Program-made: the position numbers and the translations under genes
In this document: one piece after another, positions 49,384 to 60,678 of the stretch
How the letters are laid out: every line of letters begins with the position of its first letter
How positions within the stretch are numbered: the first letter of the stretch is position 1
Assembly (NCBI GenBank): GCA_943329665.2
Contig: CALQEU020000003.1
Location: 90,283 to 154,282 of the forward strand
DNA from: Bifidobacterium breve
GTDB lineage: Bacteria > Bacteroidota > Bacteroidia > AKYH767-A > OLB10
Reading direction: 5' to 3'
Length of the DNA stretch: 64,000 nucleotides
The notes under the pieces: model-generated
Seen by the model: only the letters and a program-made list of their open reading frames with translations
What the model was told of the DNA's origin: nothing
Database searches by the model: none

Positions 49384-49452
49384 TTTATTGATTTTAGAAC
49401 TACTTAGAAATACTTACTTAAGAGTAAACAATACATTTCACAATGCTATCTT

Positions 49453-52400
49453 TTACTTTACAAATTTACGAGACGCTGATTTATCGCCCATTTTCAAGCG
49501 GATGAAATAATTTCCGTTGATCCACCCATCGGTAGGAATTTTTACTTCATTCACTGGTGGTAAAAAAATGTTGCGGTACACTTCTTTACCTAAAACATCA
49601 AAAACACAGACTTCCATTTTCTCTTGTCCTATTGTTGTGCCACGTAGCGACAATTCACTTCCAACTGGATTTGGATATACAAAAAAATCAAACTCATTTT
49701 CATTTTCAGATAAGCCTGTAAAGGTAGCATGCAAATTGATATTATCAATATACATCACCTGACCAAAGTATCCTAAATTTTCAAAAGAAAATAACACTTC
49801 AATATTCCCTGTAAATGCTGATACATCAATCGTATCTTTTCTCCATTGAGAGGCAGAAGGAACAAAAGCAACCGTATTGTTTGGAGGTGCTGTCGACAAA
49901 TCTACTCCCCCTTTAAAATAGAGCGAAGTAAACGTTACACCGCAATCGGTAGAGGCTAGCACTTGCAATGAATCACTGTATTGCCCACCATAAGGAGTAT
50001 ACGCCACATCAAAAATCAATTTTGCATTTTGCACATTTGACAAATCATATTTAGCTGTCCAAACGGCATCATGCGCTCCGCCCGCATCATAATCGTAGTT
50101 ATTAAAAGACATACTATAGTTACTTGCTCCAAAACCACCCACACTGCTTGATATCCCCCAATTACTTGCAACAAGTCCTATTCCTTGTAGCTTCCAATTC
50201 TCATCAAAATTTCCATCTTCAAAATCTTCCTGCATGGGCAACAGACCATTATTTATGGTCCGAACAAAATTTGTTTTGGTAATGGTATCACTTATTCCAT
50301 TGTCTGTTACAATTAAAGTCACATCAAAACTTCCACCTGTTGTGTACACTACGGTAGGATACATCGTCGTAGAGTTCGTAGGATTGGCTCCTGGAAAACT
50401 CCATTCATAGGTAGCTGAAGAGGAGGACACACTATGAGGTACAAAACGAATCGTATCACCAGGACAATAAAAAGTTTCGAAGTTAGCAGAGAAATCAGCA
50501 ATTACATTTGAAGTTTCATACAATTGATTTTCCCAAATTCCAAGATGCCAAGTAGCTAAACGTAATTTATTATCGCGATAGAATGGCACTAAGCGTAACG
50601 GATAAGATATGGCCGGCAAATTTGTTCCGACTATTTGCCAATCACTCAAGGAATTATTTCTATAAAAAACTGGTCCGTGATAAGTACCAAGATAAACACC
50701 ACCATCTGTTCCAAATTGATGACACATCGATTCCACTTCAAATCCATTTAGTGTGGCAGTGGTTTTATTTATCCAGCTTGCACCGCTGTTAATCGTATGA
50801 TAAACTTTATTACCATTTGACCCTTTCGGAAAACAGATCCACAATTCATCTGCATCCGTGCCGCTCAATGAAAAAATCAATTCGCGTTGATTTTGAGGAA
50901 GCGCAATTTGTGTCCAGGTTAATCCTCTATCTGTTGTCTTCCAAATTTTACTACTATTACCAATCACCTGTTGTGCATACAACACATTTTTATTCGCACG
51001 ACTTTGCTCGAACCAATATACTTTATCGTTTGCAATTGAACCAAAGGAAAACAACTCGGTAAATGAACTTCCACCATTCGTGCTTTTGTAAATTTTATTT
51101 TCTTTTCCTAAATAACAAACATTCCAGTAATCCCAATCCCATGCCATTCTGGAGCTGGAATTATCCACATAACTTTCATTCGGTTCTGTATTGATTGGAA
51201 AACGACCGGCTACTCCATTCAACGTATCTGCTAAAACAACACCATCAATATCGCTATAGTACGTTTTCTTTTCATTACTATAATTTACATATCCAGTAGC
51301 TGCTTCACCACCGCCCAACTGTTGAAATTCTCCTTGAGGATATCCATCTCTGCGTGCAGCATTCCCATTATGATATCGACCACCCACCATAATGTCATCA
51401 TTCCAACCTTGATCAAAACCCCAAAACGCACTTCCATAAATACCATTTGTGCGTGATTCGTGAGTCGTCACAAAATCGATTGAATAATTAATACCGCCAT
51501 CACATGCCCACCAAAATTCTTCAGTAGTGGGAGATGTTTTATAAATTTTAAACTCTTGATTGTCGGGATGAATTTGCGGTATATTTCCAATGTATCCACC
51601 TACAGGTTGAAAAGTAGCACCTGCATCATTACTTCGCCACATACTAAGTCCACCCACAATTATTTTATCGGCATCCAAATGAGATGCAATTAATGCTGTG
51701 TTGTAATAAATCTGATTATAGGTGTTGTTATCGCCATTAAACGACATCATATTAGGATGCGTCGATTGATTATAAGGCGCGCCGATGACTCCATGTGGAT
51801 GACTCCATGATTCCCCACCATCATCACTTTTGTAAATACCAATTTGTCCGTTTAACTGTAGCTGTGCGGTTGATTGACTTTGTCCAACCAACAATACATA
51901 CACTCTGTTTGGGTCCGCTTCAGTAATCGTTATACGACCACCATAAGATTGAACTAACCCTGCATCGATTGGAGGAACGCTAAACCAACCCGTAGGTTTA
52001 ATGGCAAATGTAGCACCACTATCGAGTGATTTATAGAAATAAGAAATCTTAGTGGTGGCATCATAACGCAATGCATAAATCACACTTGCATCGCCGGGCT
52101 TTGTGGCTACCGATTGGCACTCGCCTGTAAAAATAGTGGCCCATGTACTTCCTCCATCCTGCGATCGCTTTAAACCATATTCAGTGGCAGCATAAACCAT
52201 TTGACTATTTGCAGGATTATGTAAAAATTGCCAAACGGAAGAATTGCTCAATGTTGCAAGAGGAGCGCTCCAAGTTGCACCGCCATCCAGAGTGCGATAC
52301 GATTCTCGATCCGCATTCACCAAGACGTCGTTCTCATCCGTTGTATTTACAGCAATCGCACTTACCGTTGTCATATCTTCATTCCTTGAAATAAAATTCC

Positions 52401-52935
52401 AAGACATTCCTTTGTTAGTGCTTTTATAAACCCCACCATTTTCTCCTCCACAATACAAAGTCGTTGGATTACTAAAACTTTGATCTATACAATACACATT
52501 TGCATGCCATGATATTTGCGAAATCGTATCGCCAGCATTATATCGAGCTCTGTAATGTTTTTCGGGACCTGCGAAATTCCAAGGGGCTAACATTTTTGAA
52601 GAAGTAGTTTGCAAAGCACTTTGTGTACTTTTTAGCAAGTTACTTTTTTCCATTTGAGATGGGATTTTTATAAAACCATCCTTTTGCACATAAGGTTGAT
52701 TGTATCTTCGCCAGTGTTTATAATAGGCAGTATGTTGATTGGATTCCTCCTTTTGCAACTTATAATAATCATCATGAGCTTTTTCAACTTGAAATACATT
52801 TGGATTTTCCGAGTACATCATTCGAACCCATTGTGGCAAATTGGTATCTGTAGGGTTAGTCGGTTTTAATAAAAGTTGCGCAGTCGAAATATAATTGGTC
52901 AATACCAATAAAAGAATAATATATAATTTTTTCAT
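49453..52935 (-). CDS. BNR/VPS10-like beta-propeller protein with PKD domain and T9SS type A CTD
   Basis: Multiple S.DGG.TW Asp-box repeats, HPDN, PKD WSFPGANP, CTD VYPNPV..GNYFIR..KFVK. Confidence 0.87.
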   Translation of the reverse strand: MKKLYIILLLVLTNYISTAQLLLKPTNPTDTNLPQWVRMMYSENPNVFQVEKAHDDYYKLQKEESNQHTAYYKHWRRYNQPYVQKDGFIKIPSQMEKSNLLKSTQSALQTTSSKMLAPWNFAGPEKHYRARYNAGDTISQISWHANVYCIDQSFSNPTTLYCGGENGGVYKSTNKGMSWNFISRNEDMTTVSAIAVNTTDENDVLVNADRESYRTLDGGATWSAPLATLSNSSVWQFLHNPANSQMVYAATEYGLKRSQDGGSTWATIFTGECQSVATKPGDASVIYALRYDATTKISYFYKSLDSGATFAIKPTGWFSVPPIDAGLVQSYGGRITITEADPNRVYVLLVGQSQSTAQLQLNGQIGIYKSDDGGESWSHPHGVIGAPYNQSTHPNMMSFNGDNNTYNQIYYNTALIASHLDADKIIVGGLSMWRSNDAGATFQPVGGYIGNIPQIHPDNQEFKIYKTSPTTEEFWWACDGGINYSIDFVTTHESRTNGIYGSAFWGFDQGWNDDIMVGGRYHNGNAARRDGYPQGEFQQLGGGEAATGYVNYSNEKKTYYSDIDGVVLADTLNGVAGRFPINTEPNESYVDNSSSRMAWDWDYWNVCYLGKENKIYKSTNGGSSFTELFSFGSIANDKVYWFEQSRANKNVLYAQQVIGNSSKIWKTTDRGLTWTQIALPQNQRELIFSLSGTDADELWICFPKGSNGNKVYHTINSGASWINKTTATLNGFEVESMCHQFGTDGGVYLGTYHGPVFYRNNSLSDWQIVGTNLPAISYPLRLVPFYRDNKLRLATWHLGIWENQLYETSNVIADFSANFETFYCPGDTIRFVPHSVSSSSATYEWSFPGANPTNSTTMYPTVVYTTGGSFDVTLIVTDNGISDTITKTNFVRTINNGLLPMQEDFEDGNFDENWKLQGIGLVASNWGISSSVGGFGASNYSMSFNNYDYDAGGAHDAVWTAKYDLSNVQNAKLIFDVAYTPYGGQYSDSLQVLASTDCGVTFTSLYFKGGVDLSTAPPNNTVAFVPSASQWRKDTIDVSAFTGNIEVLFSFENLGYFGQVMYIDNINLHATFTGLSENENEFDFFVYPNPVGSELSLRGTTIGQEKMEVCVFDVLGKEVYRNIFLPPVNEVKIPTDGWINGNYFIRLKMGDKSASRKFVK

Positions 52936-53166
52936 TGTAAGAGCTATAAACTTTTTGAGTTGAATGGATCAGCGTTGAATAGAGTCAATTTGAATAAGGA
53001 ACAATTAATATAAATCGCTCCACCAATAGCTTTTTATATTTTATCGATTGGCATTCACTAACCCTTTCTACAAATATACCTATTACAAAATATCCTTCGA
53101 GGAACGCCAACCAATACTATGAACCGATTTCTTAACAATTTTAAGAATAAACCCCAAGAAAATTTG

Positions 53167-53871
53167 CTAATTGACTACTTCAAAATGAAAGAGTGATTTC
53201 AGGTGAAACAAAACTTTAGATTTCACTTCATTCATATTTATTTCTCTTCCCAATTCTTTCGACAACGACGTTACTCCTTTATCCGTGATGCCACAAGGAA
53301 CAATTTTATTGAAATAACTTAAATCATTATTAATATTAAATGCGAATCCGTGCATCGTAACCCATCGACTACATCGCACACCAAAGGCACAAATCTTTCT
53401 TGCCTTAATAGGATCATCTCCATCTAACCAAACACCCGTTAATCCAGGCAATCGCCCAGCTACAATTCCATAATCAGCTAAAGTGAGAATAACACTTTCT
53501 TCCAAAAAACGCAGGTATTTATGAATATCATTAAAAAAATGATCGAGATCAAAAATGGGATATCCGACTAATTGTCCGGGTCCGTGGTAGGTAATATCAC
53601 CTCCACGATTTATTTTATAATAGGTGGCCCCTATTTCTTCCAGCTTTTGTTCATCGGCTAACAAGTGAGCTTCTGCTCCACTTTTTCCCAAAGTAAAAAC
53701 ATGAGGATGCTCACAAAATAAAAGATAATGTCGGGGAGGAAAATGCTGAGCGGATTCTAACGTACGATTCTCTAGTTTTTGACGAACGGTTTCCGCCAAT
53801 AAAGATTCCTGCAAATCCCATGCTTGCTTAAAATCAATTTCTCCGAGATCTTGAAAGGTGACTGTTTGCAT
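53167..53871 (-). CDS. lipB: Lipoyl(octanoyl) transferase
   Basis: EHPHVFTLG, RGGDITYHGPGQ, HGFAFN and IVPCG; ATG at 53871 follows a TATATTTG box at 53887-53894. Confidence 0.96.
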   Translation of the reverse strand: MQTVTFQDLGEIDFKQAWDLQESLLAETVRQKLENRTLESAQHFPPRHYLLFCEHPHVFTLGKSGAEAHLLADEQKLEEIGATYYKINRGGDITYHGPGQLVGYPIFDLDHFFNDIHKYLRFLEESVILTLADYGIVAGRLPGLTGVWLDGDDPIKARKICAFGVRCSRWVTMHGFAFNINNDLSYFNKIVPCGITDKGVTSLSKELGREINMNEVKSKVLFHLKSLFHFEVVN

Positions 53872-53961
53872 ACTTCTTTTCGAGTGCAAATATACGGGTA
53901 ATGCGGCAATTTTTTTCAGAAATGAGTGCCGGGGTAATAAACCGCTGATTTATTATGATCT

Positions 53962-55146
53962 TTGAGTATGAAATTTATCTTCACCAACCTCTTGCTCCTA
54001 TTTAGCTATGGATGTCATGCACAAACCTGGACACCACTTCTCGACTTTCCTGGCTCGGAGAGAGATGATGCAGCAGGATTTGTTATCGGAAATACTTTCT
54101 ATGTAGGTACAGGGTTGGATGGAGGCTTCAATGCACAAAGGGATTTTTATATGTTGGATTTAACGAATGAAACTTGGTCGATTGGAGCATCAGTAAATTC
54201 AGGGCAAGAACGTCAATATGCTAGTGGTTTTAGTCATAACAATTTCGGATATCTCTTTGGTGGTATTGGTCCAGGCGCAACTTATTTTCAGGATTTGATG
54301 CGTTTTGAGCCCAGCAATAGCTCGTGGCAGCAAATGACTTCGATGCCCAGCCTAGGTCGAAGAGGTTCTTCTTGCTTTGTAATTAATAACGATGCATTTA
54401 TTATGGGAGGAAATAATCCATCTCAGGGTAACATCACCGAAGTTTGGAAATACAATATTACCAATGACAGCTGGCAGCAAATGAATAATTTTCCATTTCC
54501 CGGATTATGGAGAGCGGGAGCTTGTGCCGTGAATGGAATAGGATATGTATTTGGAGGAATTGATAGCACGACTCAATACAGTAATCGGCTCTACAGTTAC
54601 GATTCAGTGAACGATGCATGGACATTAATTAATACCTTCCCCAATAACGGTAGGGCCTATACGCAATTAATGCCGATGGGAAATAATATCATGTTCTTTG
54701 GAGGATATGAGAATGGAAATATTTATAAAGATGATTTATGGATGTATGATTTAACTAACAATACATTTATTCCTTACAATCCCATTCCATCATTAGCCAG
54801 AAGAGGATATGTTTCCTGCGTTTGGAATAATACTATTTACATCAGTACTGGACTCAACTCCATTCCTGCAAGAACAGCAGAAACATGGAAGGTAAATGGA
54901 ATTGTAGGCCTAGAAAATATAGAACTTGAAACTTTTGAAGTGTATCCCAATCCGTTTACAGAAAGCATACAACTAAATAAAAGTGGACATTTAGAAATTT
55001 TTGATTTACAAGGCAGGAAAGTATATGAATTGGAAATCGTAAAAGGAAAAGTAAACTTGAATTTTTTAAATGCTGGATTCTATATTTTAAAATTGAATAC
55101 AAGTGAAAACAAATCGTATTCAAATAAAATTTATTTACTGAAATAA
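53962..55146 (+). CDS. Kelch-repeat protein with T9SS type A CTD
   Basis: Repeated Y.FGG...Y....W Kelch units; CTD VYPNPF..GFYILK. Confidence 0.88.
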   Translation: MSMKFIFTNLLLLFSYGCHAQTWTPLLDFPGSERDDAAGFVIGNTFYVGTGLDGGFNAQRDFYMLDLTNETWSIGASVNSGQERQYASGFSHNNFGYLFGGIGPGATYFQDLMRFEPSNSSWQQMTSMPSLGRRGSSCFVINNDAFIMGGNNPSQGNITEVWKYNITNDSWQQMNNFPFPGLWRAGACAVNGIGYVFGGIDSTTQYSNRLYSYDSVNDAWTLINTFPNNGRAYTQLMPMGNNIMFFGGYENGNIYKDDLWMYDLTNNTFIPYNPIPSLARRGYVSCVWNNTIYISTGLNSIPARTAETWKVNGIVGLENIELETFEVYPNPFTESIQLNKSGHLEIFDLQGRKVYELEIVKGKVNLNFLNAGFYILKLNTSENKSYSNKIYLLK

Positions 55147-55232
55147 ATCACCCCAATGGCACACAGATTTTTTAAGATGATTATGATTAATTAAGATCCA
55201 CATAAAAATAATTCTCAATCCATAATTCTGAA

Positions 55233-57212
55233 TTATTTCTCGATCCAATCCCCGTGCTCTTTAATTAAATCAATCAATGCATCTACTGCTAAATCGGTGT
55301 TAATGCTTTTACGCACAACCTCACGTCCTTTGTAGAGTGTAATTTTTCCAGGTCCGGATCCTACATAACCATAATCGGCATCGGCCATTTCGCCGGGACC
55401 ATTCACAATACAACCCATGATTCCAATTTTTAAACCTTTGAGGTGATCGGTGCGTGTACGGATTTTTGCGGTGGTTTCTTGCAGATCAAAAAGGGTTCGG
55501 CCACAACTGGGGCAAGAAATATATTCAGTTTTACTGATGCGTGTTCGTGCTGCTTGCAAAATTCCGAATGCTAAACTATTTATCTTTTGCGGGGAGATGG
55601 ATGTGGCGGAAGAAATCATCACACCATCGCCAAAACCATCTAAGAGCAACGCACCTAAATCCGTTGAGGCATATAATTGAAATTGTTCCTCGGTTAATCC
55701 ATCATACGTACGATGTATGACTACAGGAACATCCAACTTCATTTGCTTCATCAAAATAAATGCTTGGCGCAATGCGGGCATGGCATGTTCATTCTTGGTA
55801 GACAATAATAAAACCACATTCGAATCACTCAAAACTTGAATATGATTTCCAAGTTCCGCAATACCATCCGCCTGTACTGAAATAAAATTAAGTTGCTTCG
55901 ATTTACTTTCAGCAACTAAAAATGCATCTAACGAAAACAAAGGATAACAACGATCCTTCTCCTTCCAAGCTTTTGCATCAACAATAATTCCCAGCGTACC
56001 GGGTATTTCAAAATCAATATTTCTATCTCCTGTATAAATATAATCGCAGGCCTGATCGCTTAAATTCCATTTATCGGTAGGTACAGAATAATTGTATCCG
56101 ACTGGAAAAAAGGAAGCGGCAGAAAGCCTTTCTATTTCAGAATAATCGGCGATAACACGTGGTACTTGATACGCACCAAAATTATTTACTTCGTATGTTG
56201 ACCGTCTTTCATACTCAAAAGGTTTAAATCCAAACTCAACATTTGAATTCAATACAATTCGTTCTGCATCCATTTGCAAAGGAGGAAAATCAGGCATTGC
56301 TGCATGTGCTGCTCTCTTTGCATATCTTTCCACCAACGCTTTTGCAATGGGGATTTCAAATTCTGGATCTTCTGTCAAAGAAACTCTAACGGTATCGCCT
56401 ATCCCATCTTCTAGTAACGCTCCAATTCCCGCTGCTGATTTAATTCGTCCATCTTCTCCTTCCCCTGCTTCGGTGACTCCTAAATGCAACGGATAATTCA
56501 TGCCTTCATCACGCATTCGGTAAATGAGTGTACGATACGCTTGCACCATCACCTGCGGATTACTTGACTTCATACTCAGGACGATATTATGATAATTCTC
56601 CCCTTCGGCAATTCGTAAAAATTCTAATGCAGACTCCACCATTCCATGAGCTGTATCACCATAACGACTCATGATACGATCGCTTAAAGATCCATGATTT
56701 GTACCGATGCGCATGGCAGTTCCATACTCTTTACAAATTTTCAGCAAGGGGATAAAACGTTCACGGATACGATCCAACTCTTCATGGTATGCAGCATCGT
56801 CGTATTCTATAAACGCAAACTTCTTCTTATCTGCAAAATTGCCTGGATTAATTCGCACTTTTTCTACAATGCGAGCAGCGGCTTCGGCAGCATTAGGCGT
56901 AAAATGTATATCGGCAATTAACGGCGTTTTATATCCTCTTTTCGCTAATTCCTGTTTAATATTCGCGAGATTTTTTGCTTCATTAATACTTGGGGCGGTG
57001 ATGCGTACAAATTCACATCCTGCTTCAATCATTCGTATCGATTGCTGCACGGTAGCCATGGTGTCCATCGTATCCGTGGTGGTCATACTTTGCACCCTAA
57101 TCGGATTATTCCCACCTAAGCCAACGTCACCTAACATCACTTCACGAGTTAGCAAACGATCATATCGGGTGAGGCTATTACAATACAGTCCAGCGAGGCT
57201 TTCTAACATCAT
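55233..57212 (-). CDS. ispG: 4-hydroxy-3-methylbut-2-enyl diphosphate synthase (long, three-domain type)
   Basis: VQSMT, ADIHF, RINPGN, RIGTNHGSL, ISCPSCGRT and MGCIVNGPGE; start reassigned to 57212 after a TATCTTTG box at 57220-57227. Confidence 0.96.
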   Translation of the reverse strand: MMLESLAGLYCNSLTRYDRLLTREVMLGDVGLGGNNPIRVQSMTTTDTMDTMATVQQSIRMIEAGCEFVRITAPSINEAKNLANIKQELAKRGYKTPLIADIHFTPNAAEAAARIVEKVRINPGNFADKKKFAFIEYDDAAYHEELDRIRERFIPLLKICKEYGTAMRIGTNHGSLSDRIMSRYGDTAHGMVESALEFLRIAEGENYHNIVLSMKSSNPQVMVQAYRTLIYRMRDEGMNYPLHLGVTEAGEGEDGRIKSAAGIGALLEDGIGDTVRVSLTEDPEFEIPIAKALVERYAKRAAHAAMPDFPPLQMDAERIVLNSNVEFGFKPFEYERRSTYEVNNFGAYQVPRVIADYSEIERLSAASFFPVGYNYSVPTDKWNLSDQACDYIYTGDRNIDFEIPGTLGIIVDAKAWKEKDRCYPLFSLDAFLVAESKSKQLNFISVQADGIAELGNHIQVLSDSNVVLLLSTKNEHAMPALRQAFILMKQMKLDVPVVIHRTYDGLTEEQFQLYASTDLGALLLDGFGDGVMISSATSISPQKINSLAFGILQAARTRISKTEYISCPSCGRTLFDLQETTAKIRTRTDHLKGLKIGIMGCIVNGPGEMADADYGYVGSGPGKITLYKGREVVRKSINTDLAVDALIDLIKEHGDWIEK

Positions 57213-57318
57213 ACAAGTGCAAAGATACTTGACAAAACGTACATCTACGCGAATTGTTTTAGAGAATATTTGATCGTATACTAAAAAAACATACATTCGT
57301 AGTATAAAATTAACTACC

Positions 57319-58539
57319 ATGCGTTTACTATCCACAATCCTTCTATTTATTGGGCTAAATCACTGCGCTGATGCACAGCCTTGTTTACCAAACACGAACT
57401 CTTTAAGCTTCGCTGCAGCCTCTGTAAATTTCACCACAGATGTGAATTTAGCTCCTGCCAATGCCATTACCGTTGAGGCTTGGATTCGAGCTACTAGTTG
57501 GGCAATCAACAATTTTGAAGGCACCATCCTCTGCAAACACAGCTGGAGTTTAGGGGAACAAGGCTATGTTTTAAGAGCTGGAAATAATGGACAACTTGAT
57601 TTTTCCGTTTGTGGGAAAAATTCATTGGGTGCCAGTATCTCTTGGGTTGGAGCAACCAGTTTGAGTGGAGCCATGTCCCTTAATACATGGTATCATGTAG
57701 CAGGAACCTATGATGGAGATTCGGTACGTGTATTCATCAACGGCGTTAAGCAAGGGGCTACAGCACTTCCTTTTGGAATGATACAATCGTTGGCTTACCC
57801 CATTCGCATAGGAAGATTGTCGGATCAAACACAAGGACAAACTCGATATTGGGCTGGACAGATTGATGAAGTTCGTGTTTGGGACAGAGCTTTAGATACT
57901 GCAGAAATCAATTCAAAAAGAAGTCATCATTTAGATGTTGCACAAGAGACAGGATTAGTAGGTTATTGGCGCTTCAACGCCGGCAGCGGAACAAATGTAG
58001 TAGATCAAACCTTGAATGCCAATAATGGAACTACTAGTTCAACAACTTGGAGTGCCTTAGTTCCGTGGAATCAAACCACCACGGCGCCTGTAATTTTTCC
58101 GAATGGAAATACCATGACTTCATCCATTACCGCTTCGTTTTATCAGTGGAATTTAAATGGACTTCCGCTTGGCGGAGCTAACAGTCAAATTTGGACAGCA
58201 TTAGCTAACGGAACTTACACGGTAACAATTACCGATTCGTTGGGATGCATGGCTACTTCAGGTCCATATATTATTACTGGAGTTGGTATCGGTGAAATTG
58301 CCCCTGAAAATATTTTAGTAAAAAATGAATCCACGCAATTAATTATTAGTTTACGTAATGGAGAAGAAATTCGCTCTATTGAAGTGTACAATGCGGCGAT
58401 GCAACGCATCGATACAAAAGAGAGTCAAGGAAAAGAAGTGATTTGGGAAAAAGGATATTTAGCAAAAGGAATTTATACGGTGATCATCCAAACTAAAAAT
58501 ATTCGAAGTGGCGTTTACCGTTTTGCACAAGTGGATTGA
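57319..58539 (+). CDS. Secreted LamG/concanavalin-like domain protein with probable T9SS CTD
   Basis: ITVEAWI, WYHVAGTYDG, IDEVRVW and GLVGYWRF; C-terminal GIYTV. Confidence 0.85.
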   Translation: MRLLSTILLFIGLNHCADAQPCLPNTNSLSFAAASVNFTTDVNLAPANAITVEAWIRATSWAINNFEGTILCKHSWSLGEQGYVLRAGNNGQLDFSVCGKNSLGASISWVGATSLSGAMSLNTWYHVAGTYDGDSVRVFINGVKQGATALPFGMIQSLAYPIRIGRLSDQTQGQTRYWAGQIDEVRVWDRALDTAEINSKRSHHLDVAQETGLVGYWRFNAGSGTNVVDQTLNANNGTTSSTTWSALVPWNQTTTAPVIFPNGNTMTSSITASFYQWNLNGLPLGGANSQIWTALANGTYTVTITDSLGCMATSGPYIITGVGIGEIAPENILVKNESTQLIISLRNGEEIRSIEVYNAAMQRIDTKESQGKEVIWEKGYLAKGIYTVIIQTKNIRSGVYRFAQVD

Positions 58540-58586
58540 TTCGAGATCCAACAACTATTTTATTTCAACTCTTTTAAAAATTACTT

Positions 58587-58736
58587 ATGAAAAATTCTTT
58601 GAAATGCGTGCTCTTTGCAATGCTATTGATGGCTAGTGCTTGTTCCAAAGAAGACAACAACGAAAATTTGTCGGGAAACTCATCCACGGTAAAAACAACT
58701 GGATTGTACTTTAATGATTTAATAACATCCTTCTAG
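58587..58736 (+). CDS. Small (49-aa) lipoprotein or truncated lipoprotein gene
   Basis: Manual translation MKNSLKCVLFAMLLMASA-CSKEDNNE...; lipobox followed by a K-(D/E)-rich stretch; below the ORF track cutoff. Confidence 0.55.
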   Translation: MKNSLKCVLFAMLLMASACSKEDNNENLSGNSSTVKTTGLYFNDLITSF

Positions 58737-58777
58737 GATAAATTTATTCGACCATAGCAAGAGTATTTAACAAAAAG

Positions 58778-58812
58778 AAAAGCGTTCACCTATTTAGATG
58801 AACGCTTTTTTT
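58778..58812. terminator. Bidirectional terminator
   Basis: AAAAGCGTTCA...TGAACGCTTTT with A/T tracts between convergent genes. Confidence 0.85.
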
Positions 58813-58839
58813 AGTATTGCTTTAAACGAATTCACTTTT

Positions 58840-60627
58840 TCAACCATACAATTCCATTAATTCCAACTTATTTATTCGAGACTCTATGGAACCTTTCGTT
58901 CTTCCAAAATGCTTTGCCATGTCCTTCACTGTAATTCCTTCGCAATACATTTTGGTGAGTTCGTCGTCTAAGATTGGTGTCCAAGGGCGGTAGGCCGACT
59001 TATGCTTTTCTCTTACCACATCCACTGAATATGCTCGTTCCAACGACTCTACTTTCTTCTTGGATCGATAGTCGCGAATATATTTCTCAACTTCAATTTC
59101 TTCCTCTTCTTCAACAACCTTCATCACATGAATATGCGGCGATGCAGGAAACGCTGCAGGAAGCAACCCTTCCGGAATATGTAAACTGTTTCGAGTTCGT
59201 GTGATGGCAACATACAATAAATTAATTTCTTCGTTCAGCCGACTGAGATAAGAAGCATCTTTTTTCTCCTCCTCTTTTACCTTTTTTAATTTCTCTTCAT
59301 TCATAAAATCATTCACCAACTGAATGGAATCGTATTCCATCCCCTTGCATCGATGCACTGTTGAGAAAATCATATCCGCCTTTTCCTTGTCATCATTGTC
59401 TACATGTTGACTTTTGATGTTGTTGATGATTCCCGGAATTTCATTTCCGTACTCTCGAACAATCTCTACCATCATTCCTAATTGAACATCTTCGGTTTTC
59501 TTGATGTAATCTTCTAAGTCCTCTAAATCTTTCATCGATTTAATCAAACTGTCTTTGATGGATCGATGGTTTCCATTATATAATTTTAAAATATCGTAGA
59601 GTGATGCGCCTTCGTCGGCATAGGTGTAAGAATGTATATTCCCTTCAAAATAAATAGGCTTTGTATTTTTATTTTCCGAAACATACTCAATTGCTTTTAA
59701 AAGTAATCCCAAATTCGTTCGGGCAATGACTGCCTTACTCTTTATCTTTTTACTAGTTCCCATTCCTGTGATGGGAATTTCTTGATAGGGTTGTAAATGA
59801 TTCTTGTAATTTAATACTCCTCTAGCCAACCCCGCAATATCCTGGCTAAATCGAAAACTGGCAGAAAGATGAAATGTTTTGAAATCGGCTTTCTCTAATG
59901 AATTCACAGCATAACGCCATCCATATATTTGTTGGTTGGTGTCTCCTACTATTACCTTCGTTGCTTTTTGGTTTAGGAACACATCTAACATGGCAGAAGA
60001 GGCATCTTGTCCTTCATCAAATAAAATATAATCGTACTTCAAAATGGGCTTTGACAATTGAAATTTCTTCAAATAAAAATCGTGCGTAATTTCAATCTCC
60101 CCTTTATCCATCCTGCTTAATAACAATCTGGATTGCCTTACGATATAATCATAATAAGACTGCACAAATACTTTTGCTTTTTTATCGCTGATGTTATCTA
60201 AATAATTTAACTCTTGAATTTTCTCTTTATCACTATTGCAGAAAAAAGCAATGAACTTCAGGATATGATTTGCAATTACAAATTCATTATGTTTCTCCCC
60301 ATTCCCTTTCAGTCCTAACAACTCTACAATTTCATGCGTTTTATAGCTAAATGTTTTTACGGTATATGCACTGCCCATCACAATATGTTTGTAGGCTAAA
60401 GAATGTGCAGTTTCTACCTTTACATTGGTCAAGCCCTGGGCTGTAAACTTTTTCATGGCTTCCAACTTCACCGACTTATTAAAAGCCAAGTACAGGATTC
60501 TTGCCGATTTAGGTCGGGACTTTGCATACTCTATAATCGTTGTTGTTTTCCCAGATCCTGCAACTGCATTAATCTTGATATTGCCGGATGAGTTTACAAT
60601 TTCGATTTGCTCTTTCGTTAATTCCAT
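58840..60627 (-). CDS. UvrD/SF1 helicase with C-terminal HTH/Myb-like domain
   Basis: AVAGSGKTT, FDEGQD, VGDTNQQIY, SFRF, STVHRCKGMEY and LLYVAITR; tail YRPWT...L....GRTKGSIESRINKL. Confidence 0.9.
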   Translation of the reverse strand: MELTKEQIEIVNSSGNIKINAVAGSGKTTTIIEYAKSRPKSARILYLAFNKSVKLEAMKKFTAQGLTNVKVETAHSLAYKHIVMGSAYTVKTFSYKTHEIVELLGLKGNGEKHNEFVIANHILKFIAFFCNSDKEKIQELNYLDNISDKKAKVFVQSYYDYIVRQSRLLLSRMDKGEIEITHDFYLKKFQLSKPILKYDYILFDEGQDASSAMLDVFLNQKATKVIVGDTNQQIYGWRYAVNSLEKADFKTFHLSASFRFSQDIAGLARGVLNYKNHLQPYQEIPITGMGTSKKIKSKAVIARTNLGLLLKAIEYVSENKNTKPIYFEGNIHSYTYADEGASLYDILKLYNGNHRSIKDSLIKSMKDLEDLEDYIKKTEDVQLGMMVEIVREYGNEIPGIINNIKSQHVDNDDKEKADMIFSTVHRCKGMEYDSIQLVNDFMNEEKLKKVKEEEKKDASYLSRLNEEINLLYVAITRTRNSLHIPEGLLPAAFPASPHIHVMKVVEEEEEIEVEKYIRDYRSKKKVESLERAYSVDVVREKHKSAYRPWTPILDDELTKMYCEGITVKDMAKHFGRTKGSIESRINKLELMELYG

Positions 60628-60678
60628 TTTATAAATTGTTTAAAGTTAAAATATTTTTGTTTAATAGACAGGCACCTT

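Noticed and set aside
57213-57335. N-terminal extension of IspG overlapping the LamG gene
   Set aside because: A TATCTTTG promoter box lies inside the extension, so the true start is probably 57212 or 57209
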